In this document: positions 1 to 9,564 of the stretch, piece by piece
Numbering within the stretch: the first letter of the stretch is position 1
How the letters are laid out: every line of letters starts with the position of its first letter
Notes under the pieces: model-generated
The model's input: only the letters and a program-made list of their open reading frames with translations
The model's database searches: none
What the model was told of the DNA's origin: nothing
Program-made: the position numbers and the translations under genes
Assembly: GCA_031372065.1 (NCBI GenBank)
Contig: JANMKN010000350.1
Location: 1-53,556 of the forward strand
Length of the DNA stretch: 53,556 nucleotides
From: Abditibacteriaceae bacterium
Lineage (GTDB): Bacteria > Armatimonadota > Abditibacteriia > Abditibacteriales > Abditibacteriaceae
Direction: 5' to 3'

Positions 1-1
1 G

Positions 2-895
2 TCGCTGGAAAATGCGGTGAAGGTCAAGAACAAATACCCGTATCTGGTAGATGACGCGGGCAATTGGGCCGAGCGCAAGGACGTTCGCAACGTGCGCGTC
101 ATGGTCGGACGCGGCGGCGGAATGCAGCTTTTCAACAACGAGTGGATGACGATCACCGGCAAAACGATGGGGGCGGAATACGGCATTGGGCACCCGCTGG
201 GCAACGCCATTGACGCGCCGGTGATGCTCCTCAAAAGCTGCATCGGCAACCGCAGTCTGGGCTGGGATCTCTTGCCGCCGGGCAGCGAGCGCTTTGAATT
301 TGAAGGCAAAGTTTACGCGGGCTACAAAGATCGTCCCGATTCGTGGACGGAAGACGTGGCCAAAGGCAAGGCCACGGAGCCGCCCCCGAGGCTGGACAAA
401 GACGGCAAGCCTATCGAATGGTATGCCGGCAAGCAATACGACGACGACATCGCCAACGCCAAAAAAGTGCTGTCCGAACTCGATAAATACTATCCCGGCG
501 CCACCAAATACGAAGTCGCCGGATTCTTCTTCTGGCAGGGCGAAAAAGACGGCGGAAACGCCGCCCACGCCGCTCGCTACGAGCAAAATCTCGTCGCGTT
601 CATCAAGCAGCTCCGCAAGGAGTTCGATGCGCCTAACGCGAAGTTCGTGTTAGCCACGCTCGGCGAAGCGACCAAAGGCAGCACCGGCAACGGCGGCAAA
701 GTTCTCGACGCGCAACTCGCGGTGGACGGCACGAGCGGCAAATATCCCGAATTCAAAGGCAACGTCGCCACGGTTTATGCCAACCCGCTGTCGTTAGGCG
801 GCAGCGGCAACAGCCATTACAACGGCAACGCCGAAACCTACATGAACGTGGGCGAAGCGATGGGCAACGCGATGGTGGAACTGCTGAAAAAGTAA
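2..895 (+). CDS. Sialate O-acetylesterase (SASA/DUF303, SGNH-like) family protein, 5'-truncated by window edge
   Basis: Frame is open from position 2 (SLENAVKVK...). Motifs MGAEYGIG, LLKSCIGNRSLGWD, FFFWQGEKD and SHYNGNAETY match this esterase family and the esterase domain at 18114. Confidence 0.75.
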   Translation, partial: SLENAVKVKNKYPYLVDDAGNWAERKDVRNVRVMVGRGGGMQLFNNEWMTITGKTMGAEYGIGHPLGNAIDAPVMLLKSCIGNRSLGWDLLPPGSERFEFEGKVYAGYKDRPDSWTEDVAKGKATEPPPRLDKDGKPIEWYAGKQYDDDIANAKKVLSELDKYYPGATKYEVAGFFFWQGEKDGGNAAHAARYEQNLVAFIKQLRKEFDAPNAKFVLATLGEATKGSTGNGGKVLDAQLAVDGTSGKYPEFKGNVATVYANPLSLGGSGNSHYNGNAETYMNVGEAMGNAMVELLKK

Positions 896-978
896 GTGGG
901 CGACCTCAACACATGGCTCCAACAACGAAATCACGAAGCGCAGGGCGAGCTTGCGACACAAAAAGTCAAACACACCTG

Positions 979-3336
979 ATGAAAGTTTCTCTGCTGGGCG
1001 TCTTTTTTTGCGGACTGACTGTCGCAGGTCTTGAGGCGAAGGCGGCCAAACCACCGCAAGCGCCAAAGGTCGAGTTCAATCGGGATGTTCGCCCGCTCCT
1101 TTCGGACGCCTGCTTTCATTGTCACGGGCCGGACAAGAACACGCGCAAAGCCGACCTGCGGCTGGATATTCGCGAGGAAGCGGTAAAGCTGGCGAAGTCC
1201 GGTGAATTTCCCATCATGCCGGGGCGGCCCGACAAAAGTGAGCTGGTGCGGAGAATCGTCGCGGCTGACGCAGATGAACGGATGCCGCCGCCCGATTCGC
1301 ACAAAGTGCTGAACCCGGCGCAGCAAGAAATTCTCCGAAGATGGGTCGCCCAAGGCGCGGAGTATCAGCTTCATTGGGCGTATTTGCCGATTCAAAGGCC
1401 ACCTGTTCCGGCGAAGGGTTTACATCCGGTGGACGCGTTCGTTCGCCAGCGCCTGGCCACGGAGAATCTGCGACCTGCTGCCGAGGCGGATAAAGTCACG
1501 CTGATTCGACGCGTGACGCTTGACCTCATCGGGCTGCCGCCTACTCCGGCGGAGGTGGATGCCTTTGTCAACGATAAGGCGCCAAGGGCCTATGAGCGGG
1601 TGGTGGAGCGTTTGTTAGCTTCGCCGCATTTCGGCGAGCGCATGGCGGTGGATTGGCTGGACGGGGCGCGCTATGCGGACACCAACGGCTATCAGGTAGA
1701 CCGCGACCGCACGCTGTATGGTTGGCGCGATTGGGTGATTCGGGCGTTTAACGAAAACAAGCGTTTCGATCAGTTCACCATCGAGCAAATCGCGGGCGAC
1801 CTGCTGCCGAATGCCACGATTGAACAGCGAATCGCCACCGGCTTCAATCGCAACCACATGATTAACGAAGAAGGTGGCATCACTCCCGAAGAGTTTTTGG
1901 CCGAATACACCGCAGATCGCGTGGAAACCACGGCGACGGTTTGGCTGGGGCAGACCTTTAATTGCGCGCGCTGCCACGATCATAAGTTCGACCCGTTCAC
2001 GCAACGGGATTTTTATAGTCTGAAAGCGTTTTTTCACAACGTATCGGAAAAAGGCGTCGGCGATTATGGGCAGCAGTTCAACATGAGCAGCCCGCCGTTT
2101 GTGACGCTGCCCGCGCCCGATCTCGAAGCAAAGATTGCAGCGCTCAAGACGGAAATCGAACAAGTGAAGCAGGATCAGAGCGAGGAGGCCAAAAAGCGCC
2201 TCGCACAGCTTACAAAAAACCTTGCCGACACCGAGAAAAGCGTTCCGGTCACGCTCGTGATGGACGAGGGCACGCCACGCGACACCTTTATTTTGCGGCG
2301 CGGCGTGTTTGACCAGCTTGGCGAAAAAGTCACCGCCGCCACGCCCGCCGCTTTGCCACAGATGCGCGAAGAACTGCCTCGCAACCGGCTGGGGCTGGCG
2401 CGCTGGCTGGTCGATCCGCAAAATCCGCTGCCTGCGCGCGTCACGGTCAATCGGTTTTGGCAAATGCTGTTCGGCACCGGACTGGTGCGCACAGCGGAGG
2501 ATTTCGGTTCGCAAGGTGAGCCGCCGAGCCATCCAGAACTGATTAATTGGCTGGCGGCGGAATTTATTTCCAGCGGGTGGGATGTCAAAGCCATGCTGCG
2601 CTTGCTGGTCACCAGCGCGACTTATCGGCAAAGCTCGAAACTCACGCCCAAGGCACACGAGCGAGACCCGGATAACCGCCTGTTGGCCCGTGGCCCGCGC
2701 TTTCGCTTGCAGGGTGAATTCGTGCGCGATCAGGCACTCGCCGCCAGCGGCTTGTTGGTCGAAAAAATTGGCGGCCCTTCGGTGAAGCCGTATCATCCGG
2801 CGGGCCTCTATGAGCAGGTGGTCAACCAAAAAGACAATCCTGCGGCGACTTATACACAGGACACGGGCGAGGCGCTCCACCGCCGCAGTCTCTACACCTA
2901 TTGGAAACGCTCGGTGCCAAACCCCGCCATGCTGCTCTTTGACGCGCCTTTTCGCGAAACCTGCACGCTACGCCGCCCCCGCACCAACACGCCGCTGCAA
3001 GCGCTGAATCTGCTCAACGACCCGACCTACGTCGAAGCCGCCCGGCTATTGGCGCAGCGGATGTTGCGCGAAGGTGGAAACTCCCCTGAATCGCGACTGC
3101 GCTATGGTTTTCGTATAGTCACAGCTCGCGTTCCGGGCCCTGCGGAAATGAAGATTCTCAAAGCGTCGTTAGAGCGCACGCTGCGGGAGTTTCAGGCCGA
3201 CCCGGCGGGCGCGGCGGCGTTGCTGAAAGTCGGAGAAGCCGCCACTGATGCAAAATTGGACGCCGAAGAGCTGGCCTCATTCACCACGCTCGCCAGCTTG
3301 ATGCTGAATCTCGATGAAGCCGTGACCAAGGAATAG
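979..3336 (+). CDS. Planctomycete cytochrome c + DUF1549 (PSCyt2) + DUF1553 (PSD1) domain protein
   Basis: Signal peptide after ATG 979; FNRDVRPLLSDACFHCHGPD, HWAY, WLDGARYADTNG, CARCHDHKFDP, NPLPARVTVNRFW, RRSLYT, TNTPLQAL. Confidence 0.9.
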   Translation: MKVSLLGVFFCGLTVAGLEAKAAKPPQAPKVEFNRDVRPLLSDACFHCHGPDKNTRKADLRLDIREEAVKLAKSGEFPIMPGRPDKSELVRRIVAADADERMPPPDSHKVLNPAQQEILRRWVAQGAEYQLHWAYLPIQRPPVPAKGLHPVDAFVRQRLATENLRPAAEADKVTLIRRVTLDLIGLPPTPAEVDAFVNDKAPRAYERVVERLLASPHFGERMAVDWLDGARYADTNGYQVDRDRTLYGWRDWVIRAFNENKRFDQFTIEQIAGDLLPNATIEQRIATGFNRNHMINEEGGITPEEFLAEYTADRVETTATVWLGQTFNCARCHDHKFDPFTQRDFYSLKAFFHNVSEKGVGDYGQQFNMSSPPFVTLPAPDLEAKIAALKTEIEQVKQDQSEEAKKRLAQLTKNLADTEKSVPVTLVMDEGTPRDTFILRRGVFDQLGEKVTAATPAALPQMREELPRNRLGLARWLVDPQNPLPARVTVNRFWQMLFGTGLVRTAEDFGSQGEPPSHPELINWLAAEFISSGWDVKAMLRLLVTSATYRQSSKLTPKAHERDPDNRLLARGPRFRLQGEFVRDQALAASGLLVEKIGGPSVKPYHPAGLYEQVVNQKDNPAATYTQDTGEALHRRSLYTYWKRSVPNPAMLLFDAPFRETCTLRRPRTNTPLQALNLLNDPTYVEAARLLAQRMLREGGNSPESRLRYGFRIVTARVPGPAEMKILKASLERTLREFQADPAGAAALLKVGEAATDAKLDAEELASFTTLASLMLNLDEAVTKE

Positions 3337-3342
3337 CCCGCC

Positions 3343-4794
3343 ATGAGTTCGAATCCCTTTCTCGACATCACCCGCCGCCAGTTCCTGGGCCGCGCCAGCA
3401 GCGGCATTGGCGCGGCGGCGCTGGCTTCGTTGTTGAACCCTCAGTGGGGGCGAGCCGCGCAAGGTGCAACGGCGCAAGGCGCCGCCGGCCTGACGCATTT
3501 CGCGCCGAAGGCCAAACGCGTGATCTGGCTTACGCAAGCCGGTGCGCCGTCGCAGCTCGATCTTTTTGATTACAAACCGGGGCTGCGCGAACTGTTCAAC
3601 AAAGACCTGCCCAACTCGGTTCGCAATGGTCAGCGTGTCACCGGGATGACATCGGGCCAAGCGCGCTTTCCCGTTGCGCCCACGATTTTTACTTTCAAAC
3701 AATACGGACAGGCAGGGCACTGGCTCAGCGACTTGCTGCCGCATACGGCGCGCATCGCCGATGAGCTTTGCATCATCCGTTCGCTGAATACCGAGGCCAT
3801 CAATCACGATCCGGCGATGACGATGCTGCAAACTGGCAGTCAAGTCGCCGGGCGGCCTTCTTTTGGCTCGTGGATGTCCTACGGCCTCGGTTCGGAGAAC
3901 GCCGATCTGCCCGCGTTTGTGGTGATGATTTCGCGGCCCAGCGGCAAGGGCAACGCGCAGCCTTTGCACGAACGCATGTGGAGTTCGGGCTTTCTTTCGG
4001 CGCGCTATCAGGGCGTGCGCTTCAGCCCCGGCAAAGACCCGGTGCTGTTTTTGTCGAACCCGCCCGGCATCAGTCCCGAACGCCGTCGCGCGATGTTAGA
4101 CGACCTTGCGGGCCTGAACAAAATCAAGCTCGACGACTATCAAGACCCGGAAATTCAGGCGCGCATTGACCAATACGAGATGGCCTTTCGGATGCAGTCC
4201 TCCGTGCCGGAGTTGGCCGACTTTTCCAAAGAACCCGCCTCGGTGTTCGAGCGCTATGGCCCGGAATCGCGCAAGCCCGGCAGCTATGCGGCGAACTGCA
4301 TTCTCGCGCGCCGTCTCGCCGAGCGCGGCGTGCGTTTTATTCAGCTTTATCATCGCGGCTGGGATCAGCACAGCGATTTGCCACGGGACATCCGCACGCA
4401 GTGCTACGACACCGATCAGCCCAGCGCCGCGCTCGTCGAGGAGCTAAAAGAACGCGGCCTGCTGGACGACACGCTGGTCATTTGGGGCGGCGAATTCGGG
4501 CGTAGCGTTTACTCGCAAGGCCAACTCACTGAGACCACTTACGGGCGCGATCATCACCCGCGCTGCTTCTCGCTTTGGCTTGCCGGCGGCGGGATAAAGC
4601 GCGGCACCATCGTCGGCGAAACGGATGACTTTTCCTACAACGTCGTAAGCGACCCGGTGCATATTCATGACCTCAACGCCACCGCGCTGCATCTGCTGGG
4701 GTTCGACCACACGCGGCTCACCGTTCGGCACCAAGGCCGCGACTACCGACTGACCGATGTCCACGGAAAGGTGGTGGAAAAAGTCCTCGCGTGA
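3343..4794 (+). CDS. DUF1501 family protein (Tat-exported, alkaline-phosphatase/sulfatase-like)
   Basis: TRRQFL Tat motif; GAPSQLDLFDYKP, WDQH, GEFGR, GRDHHP; usual partner directly downstream of a DUF1549/1553 gene. Confidence 0.9.
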   Translation: MSSNPFLDITRRQFLGRASSGIGAAALASLLNPQWGRAAQGATAQGAAGLTHFAPKAKRVIWLTQAGAPSQLDLFDYKPGLRELFNKDLPNSVRNGQRVTGMTSGQARFPVAPTIFTFKQYGQAGHWLSDLLPHTARIADELCIIRSLNTEAINHDPAMTMLQTGSQVAGRPSFGSWMSYGLGSENADLPAFVVMISRPSGKGNAQPLHERMWSSGFLSARYQGVRFSPGKDPVLFLSNPPGISPERRRAMLDDLAGLNKIKLDDYQDPEIQARIDQYEMAFRMQSSVPELADFSKEPASVFERYGPESRKPGSYAANCILARRLAERGVRFIQLYHRGWDQHSDLPRDIRTQCYDTDQPSAALVEELKERGLLDDTLVIWGGEFGRSVYSQGQLTETTYGRDHHPRCFSLWLAGGGIKRGTIVGETDDFSYNVVSDPVHIHDLNATALHLLGFDHTRLTVRHQGRDYRLTDVHGKVVEKVLA

Positions 4795-4829
4795 GGCTTG
4801 CGAGCGATTTTCCATCCGCCAACGAAACC

Positions 4830-6383
4830 ATGAAAGCGCACCACACAACTTACGACGCCATCGTGGTCGGCGGTGGTCACAACGGCTTGGTGGCGGCGAA
4901 TTATTTGGCCAAGGCGGGGAAAACGGTGCTTTTGCTCGAAGCAGAGGGCGAATTGGGCGGGGCCACGAGTAGCGCGAAACCTTGGCCCGAATACGAGGCG
5001 CGGCTTTCGCGCTATGCTTATTTGGTGTCGCTGCTGCCCGATGAAATCGTCGCGGATTTGGGCATCAATTTCCAAACGCTCGAACGCGGCGTCGCTTCCT
5101 ACACGCCTTGTCAGAGGGATGGAAAAGACGATGGACTTTTGGTTGCCACGGAGTGGGACGAAGCGAGCGCGAGCAGCTTCCGGCGGCTGACCGGCTCGGA
5201 GCGCGAAGGCATCGCTTGGCGCGAGTTTTACGCGGAGATTGCCGAACTGGCCCAGCGCCTTGCGCCGACTTTGCTCCAGCCGCTCAAAAGCGCGGCGGAA
5301 CTGAAATCCGAAATGGGCTTGCCGCAGATTTGGCGCGATTTGATGGAAGTGCCGATTGGCGAAGTCATTCGCAATCACTTCAGCGATGATGTCGTGCGGG
5401 GCGTGGTTTTAACCGACGCGCTGATTGGAACTTTTGTCTCAGCCGATGATATGCAGGCGAACCGCTGCTTTCTGTATCACCTGATTGGCAACGGCAGCGG
5501 GCAGTGGCGCGTGCCGCAGGGCGGCATGGGCGCGCTCGTCAAGGAACTGCATCGCGTGGCCGCGTTGCGGGGTGTGGAAATCAAGCTCCAATCCAAGGTC
5601 GCCACGTTGGAAAACGGCCCGATGGGCGTTCGCATGGAAACGGAAGTCGGCGAAATCTACACCGCCAGAAATCTGCTTTTTGCCGCCGCGCCGCAACATC
5701 TGGCGCGATTGCGCGGGCAGGCGGTAGCGCAGTCGTTAGAGGGTTCACAACTCAAAATCAACATGCTACTCACGCGCCTGCCGCGCCTCAAGTCGGGTGT
5801 AGACCCGCGAATCGCTTTTGCGGGCACGTTCCACGTCAACGAAAGTTATTCCCAATTGGAAGCCGCCTACGGCGACGCGCGCGGCGGCGAGATGCCGCAG
5901 CCGCTGCCGCTGGAACTGTATTGCCACACCTTGACCGATTCCAGCATTTTGTCGGCGGAACTGAACGAGAAAGGCTTTCAAACGCTCACGCTGTTTGGAC
6001 TGCACACGCCCGCGCGGCTCTTCGATGCGAATCCCGAACGGGCCAAGGCACTGGCCACAGAGCGCGCCCTTGCCAGCCTGAATCAGTATTTGCTCGAACC
6101 CATCGAATCGGTGCTGGCGCCTTGCCGCGATGGCTCGTTGGCGATTGAAGTTAAAACGCCGCTCGATTTGGAAAAAGACATCGCGCTGCCGCGCGGCAAT
6201 ATTTTTCATCGCGATTTGGAGTTTCCGTTTCTTGAAAACGAAGAGGCGGGCGCGAATCATCTCTGGGGCGCGGAAACCGATGACCCGCATATTTTTCTCG
6301 CCGGTGCGGGCGCACGGCGCGGCGGCGGCGTTAGCGGCATCGCCCGATGGCGTTGCTGTCCAAGGATTAGACTTTTCCCATGA
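4830..6383 (+). CDS. Phytoene dehydrogenase-like FAD-dependent oxidoreductase (C-terminus apparently frameshifted)
   Basis: YDAIVVGGGHNGLVAA FAD motif, GGMGAL, TPLDLE...GNIFH, GAGARRGGGVSGI; the expected terminal GHNAA motif is missing (see findings). Confidence 0.85.
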   Translation: MKAHHTTYDAIVVGGGHNGLVAANYLAKAGKTVLLLEAEGELGGATSSAKPWPEYEARLSRYAYLVSLLPDEIVADLGINFQTLERGVASYTPCQRDGKDDGLLVATEWDEASASSFRRLTGSEREGIAWREFYAEIAELAQRLAPTLLQPLKSAAELKSEMGLPQIWRDLMEVPIGEVIRNHFSDDVVRGVVLTDALIGTFVSADDMQANRCFLYHLIGNGSGQWRVPQGGMGALVKELHRVAALRGVEIKLQSKVATLENGPMGVRMETEVGEIYTARNLLFAAAPQHLARLRGQAVAQSLEGSQLKINMLLTRLPRLKSGVDPRIAFAGTFHVNESYSQLEAAYGDARGGEMPQPLPLELYCHTLTDSSILSAELNEKGFQTLTLFGLHTPARLFDANPERAKALATERALASLNQYLLEPIESVLAPCRDGSLAIEVKTPLDLEKDIALPRGNIFHRDLEFPFLENEEAGANHLWGAETDDPHIFLAGAGARRGGGVSGIARWRCCPRIRLFP

Positions 6384-7114
6384 AATTTCCAGCCTTTCTC
6401 GTTGTTTTGTTCTGCTTCCCCGCTTTCGCAGCAAAAGCACCGCTGCCCACGGCTCACACTACACGCAATGTCGAAGGCTGGAGCGTTCGCGTGGATAATC
6501 GTCTGCTGCAAGGCGACGGCGCGGCGCTGGGCGAACGCGCTTTGAAGCTGCTCGCATCGCGGCTCGTTGCCATCACCATCGTGGTGCCGGAAAAGTCGCT
6601 GGCCAAGCTGCGCGCCATCACCATCCAGCTCGACTTGAACCATGGCGGTCTGCGCGCGATGCAATATCATCCCTCTGCCGGCTGGCTGAAGAACAACGGC
6701 TACAGCGAGGCGCTGGCTAAGTGTGTCCACATTCCGGAGGTGGGCGATTTCCTCAACCCGTCGGAGAATCTGCGAATGCCGTGGGTTGTGCTGCATGAAC
6801 TGGCGCACGGGTTCCATGACCAGGCCGTCGGGTTCGATGACGCCTGCGTGACCGCCGCCTGGAAAAAGTTTTGCGACAGCGGAAAATACAAATCCGTCCT
6901 CACCAGCCTTGGCCGTATGCGCGAACACTACGGGCTGACCGACCAAAAAGAGTTTTTCGCCGAAATGACCGAGAGCTATTTCGGCTCGAACGATTTCTTC
7001 CCCTTCGTTTCCGGCGAGTTGAAGCAGGCCGAGCCGGAGATTTTCGCGCTGCTGTCCGAAATTTGGGGGCCGCTCCCTGGTTTCGCACCGCCAAAACCCA
7101 AGGACAAGCCATGA
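6380..7114 (+). CDS. Secreted zincin-type metallopeptidase (HEXXH ... EFFAE)
   Basis: Signal peptide; VVLHELAHGFHD and downstream KEFFAEMTESYF. Confidence 0.75.
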   Translation: MKFPAFLVVLFCFPAFAAKAPLPTAHTTRNVEGWSVRVDNRLLQGDGAALGERALKLLASRLVAITIVVPEKSLAKLRAITIQLDLNHGGLRAMQYHPSAGWLKNNGYSEALAKCVHIPEVGDFLNPSENLRMPWVVLHELAHGFHDQAVGFDDACVTAAWKKFCDSGKYKSVLTSLGRMREHYGLTDQKEFFAEMTESYFGSNDFFPFVSGELKQAEPEIFALLSEIWGPLPGFAPPKPKDKP

Positions 7115-9564
7115 AGCGCATTCTCATTTTCATAATCGCCCTTGCCGCGACGAATTACGGCCACGCGGCGGAAGTTGCCGTGCCCCAGCCGGTGCAGGGC
7201 GCGCTGCGCAGCTATTGCATTGGCTGCCACAGCGAAAAGAAAAGCAAGGGCGAGGTGCGCCTCGATAACTTTGCCGGTTTGGATGGCAAATCGCGGCTCG
7301 ACTTGCTGAACCGGCTGCAAGAGCAATTGCACTTCAACGCGATGCCGCCAGAGGATGCGAAGCAGCCGTCCGTCGCCGAAAAAAAGCTGCTCACCGATTG
7401 GGTGCGCGGCGAACTCACAAAGTCGAACGCGCCGTTGATTGAGGACAAGCTGCGCTATCCCGACTACGGCAATGCGGTTGACCACGACCGGCTGTTTAGC
7501 GGCGAAATCAAAGAAAAACCCTACGGCCCGGCGCGGCGTTGGCTGGTCAGTCCGCAGATTTTCAACGAACGCGTTTTGGACGCGCTTGTAGCGGATGATA
7601 GAGTCCGCGAGCAGTGGAAAAACGGTTTCTACGGCGTGACCAATCCGTTTGTTTTGCCCGACCGCGCGGGGATTCGCGATTACGCCATCAACGCGCTCGA
7701 CGGTGGGCATTTGCTGGTGATGCTGACCAATGCGCAGTGGATTTCGCACAAGCAAATTCGCGCCGCCCGCGTCAAAAATGGCGATCTCAAAGCCGATTCC
7801 TTGGAGAATCCCAAAGACAAATGGTATCCGGCCACCACGCCGCCCGCGTTTGAAGCGGTGATTCTGGGCAAGACCAAACCCGGCGACAAAGCGCTCGGCG
7901 CCGCCATCCAAACGCAGTTCGCCCTGGTGCTGCAACGCCCGGCCAGCGAAGCCGAAATGGCCAAGTATCTGGGGCTAACGCGCGCGGCGATTGATTTGGC
8001 GGGCAACACCGAAGGCTTGCGCCAGATGCTGGTGGCGGTGTTGCTGGAATCGGAGTTCTTGTATCGCCTCGAAATGGGCGAAGGCGCGCCCGACGAACGG
8101 GGCCGCCGCAAACTTTCGCCGCGCGAGGCCAGCTATGCCCTGAGTTATGCCCTGGGCGACCGCAACCCCGACCCGACTCTGGCCAAAGCCGCCGCTGAAG
8201 GGCACCTCAATTCCAACGAAGATTACCGGCGCGAAGTGCTGCGACTGCTTGCCGATCATAACTATTACCGGGGCCAAATCGACCCGGCGATCAACGATTC
8301 CACCGTGACTTCGCACCCGAAGATCATTCGCTTTTTCCGCGAGTTTTTCGGCTATCCTAACGCGCTGAAGGTGTTCAAGGACAAAAACCGCAGCGGCGGC
8401 TACTACGATAATCCGGGGCGCGGCAGCAGCGCCACGCCCGGCAGGCTGATTCGCGAAGCCGACAAAATGGTGGAGCATTTCGTCAAGCAGGATAAGCAGG
8501 TGTTCGCAGAGCTGCTGACATCCGACCGCTTTTTCGTGTATCACAACATCGACAACGAAAAAGGCCAGAAGATTATCGCCGGTTGGAAAGAGGTCTACGA
8601 GACTTTAAAGGACACGGAATGGCGCACCAATCCCGAAAAGGTCTTCGCTGAGCATCAAGAACTGTGCAAGAAAAACAATATCGACCTTGTGAAAAACACT
8701 CATGCCAACGATCTACAACGCGTGATGACCTATTTCTCCTTCACGTTTGGCAAAGGCAACACGCCCTTCACCACGTTTCCGTGGTCACACGGTTTTAACT
8801 ACTGGCATTCGGACAGCTATAGCATTGGGGGAACACCGGGTTCGCCTTTTCGCGGCAGTGAGAACTATGACGAAAGCCACAATTTGAATTATCCGGTGGT
8901 GCAGCCCTTCAAATTGGCCAATCACATGGGGCTGCTCACGCATCCGGCGTGGCTGATCGCGCACTCGTCCAATTTTCATACCGATCCGATTCGGCGCGGG
9001 CGTTGGATTCGCGAAAAACTGCTGGCCGGGCGCGTGCCCGATGTGCCGATTACGGTGGACGCCAAAGTGCCCGAAGACCCGCACATGACGCTCCGCGAAC
9101 GCGTGGAAAGCGTGACTACCAAACCGTCCTGCGTGAACTGCCACTCGCAGATGAACCCGCTGGGTTATTCCCTGGAAAAGTTCGACGACTTCGGACGCTT
9201 TCGCAGCGACGAGCCATTGGAAAGCCCGGAAAACCTCATCGCCAAGGCCAAGGGCAAATACGACGCGGACACTTATAAAACCAAGCCGGTCGACACCTCC
9301 GGCTTTTTGACCGGCACGGGTGACGCGAAATTAGATGGCCCGGTGCGCGATGCCTTCGACTTGATTGAGCGGCTCGGCAAATCCGACCGCGTGCGCCAGT
9401 CCATCATCCGCCACGCGTTTCGTTTTTATATGGGCCGCAACGAGACTTTGGCCGATTCGCCAACGCTCATCGCCGCTGACAAAGCCTATCGCGAGAGCGA
9501 CGGCAGCTTCAACGCTGTCATCGTCTCGCTGCTGAGTTCCGATTCGTTTATGTTCCGCAAATGA
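7111..9564 (+). CDS. DUF1588/DUF1592/DUF1585-type (PSCyt3/PSD) c-type cytochrome protein
   Basis: ATG 7111 overlaps the upstream stop; signal peptide; CIGCH and CVNCH heme motifs; SEFLYRLE, GLLTHPAWL, TDPIRRGRWIREKLL. Confidence 0.85.
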   Translation: MKRILIFIIALAATNYGHAAEVAVPQPVQGALRSYCIGCHSEKKSKGEVRLDNFAGLDGKSRLDLLNRLQEQLHFNAMPPEDAKQPSVAEKKLLTDWVRGELTKSNAPLIEDKLRYPDYGNAVDHDRLFSGEIKEKPYGPARRWLVSPQIFNERVLDALVADDRVREQWKNGFYGVTNPFVLPDRAGIRDYAINALDGGHLLVMLTNAQWISHKQIRAARVKNGDLKADSLENPKDKWYPATTPPAFEAVILGKTKPGDKALGAAIQTQFALVLQRPASEAEMAKYLGLTRAAIDLAGNTEGLRQMLVAVLLESEFLYRLEMGEGAPDERGRRKLSPREASYALSYALGDRNPDPTLAKAAAEGHLNSNEDYRREVLRLLADHNYYRGQIDPAINDSTVTSHPKIIRFFREFFGYPNALKVFKDKNRSGGYYDNPGRGSSATPGRLIREADKMVEHFVKQDKQVFAELLTSDRFFVYHNIDNEKGQKIIAGWKEVYETLKDTEWRTNPEKVFAEHQELCKKNNIDLVKNTHANDLQRVMTYFSFTFGKGNTPFTTFPWSHGFNYWHSDSYSIGGTPGSPFRGSENYDESHNLNYPVVQPFKLANHMGLLTHPAWLIAHSSNFHTDPIRRGRWIREKLLAGRVPDVPITVDAKVPEDPHMTLRERVESVTTKPSCVNCHSQMNPLGYSLEKFDDFGRFRSDEPLESPENLIAKAKGKYDADTYKTKPVDTSGFLTGTGDAKLDGPVRDAFDLIERLGKSDRVRQSIIRHAFRFYMGRNETLADSPTLIAADKAYRESDGSFNAVIVSLLSSDSFMFRK

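Noticed and set aside
1615..2880. Long antisense ORFs (also 18576-19706, 28163-29164 and others)
   Set aside because: Shadow frames of GC-rich genes that have clear family motifs on the opposite strand.
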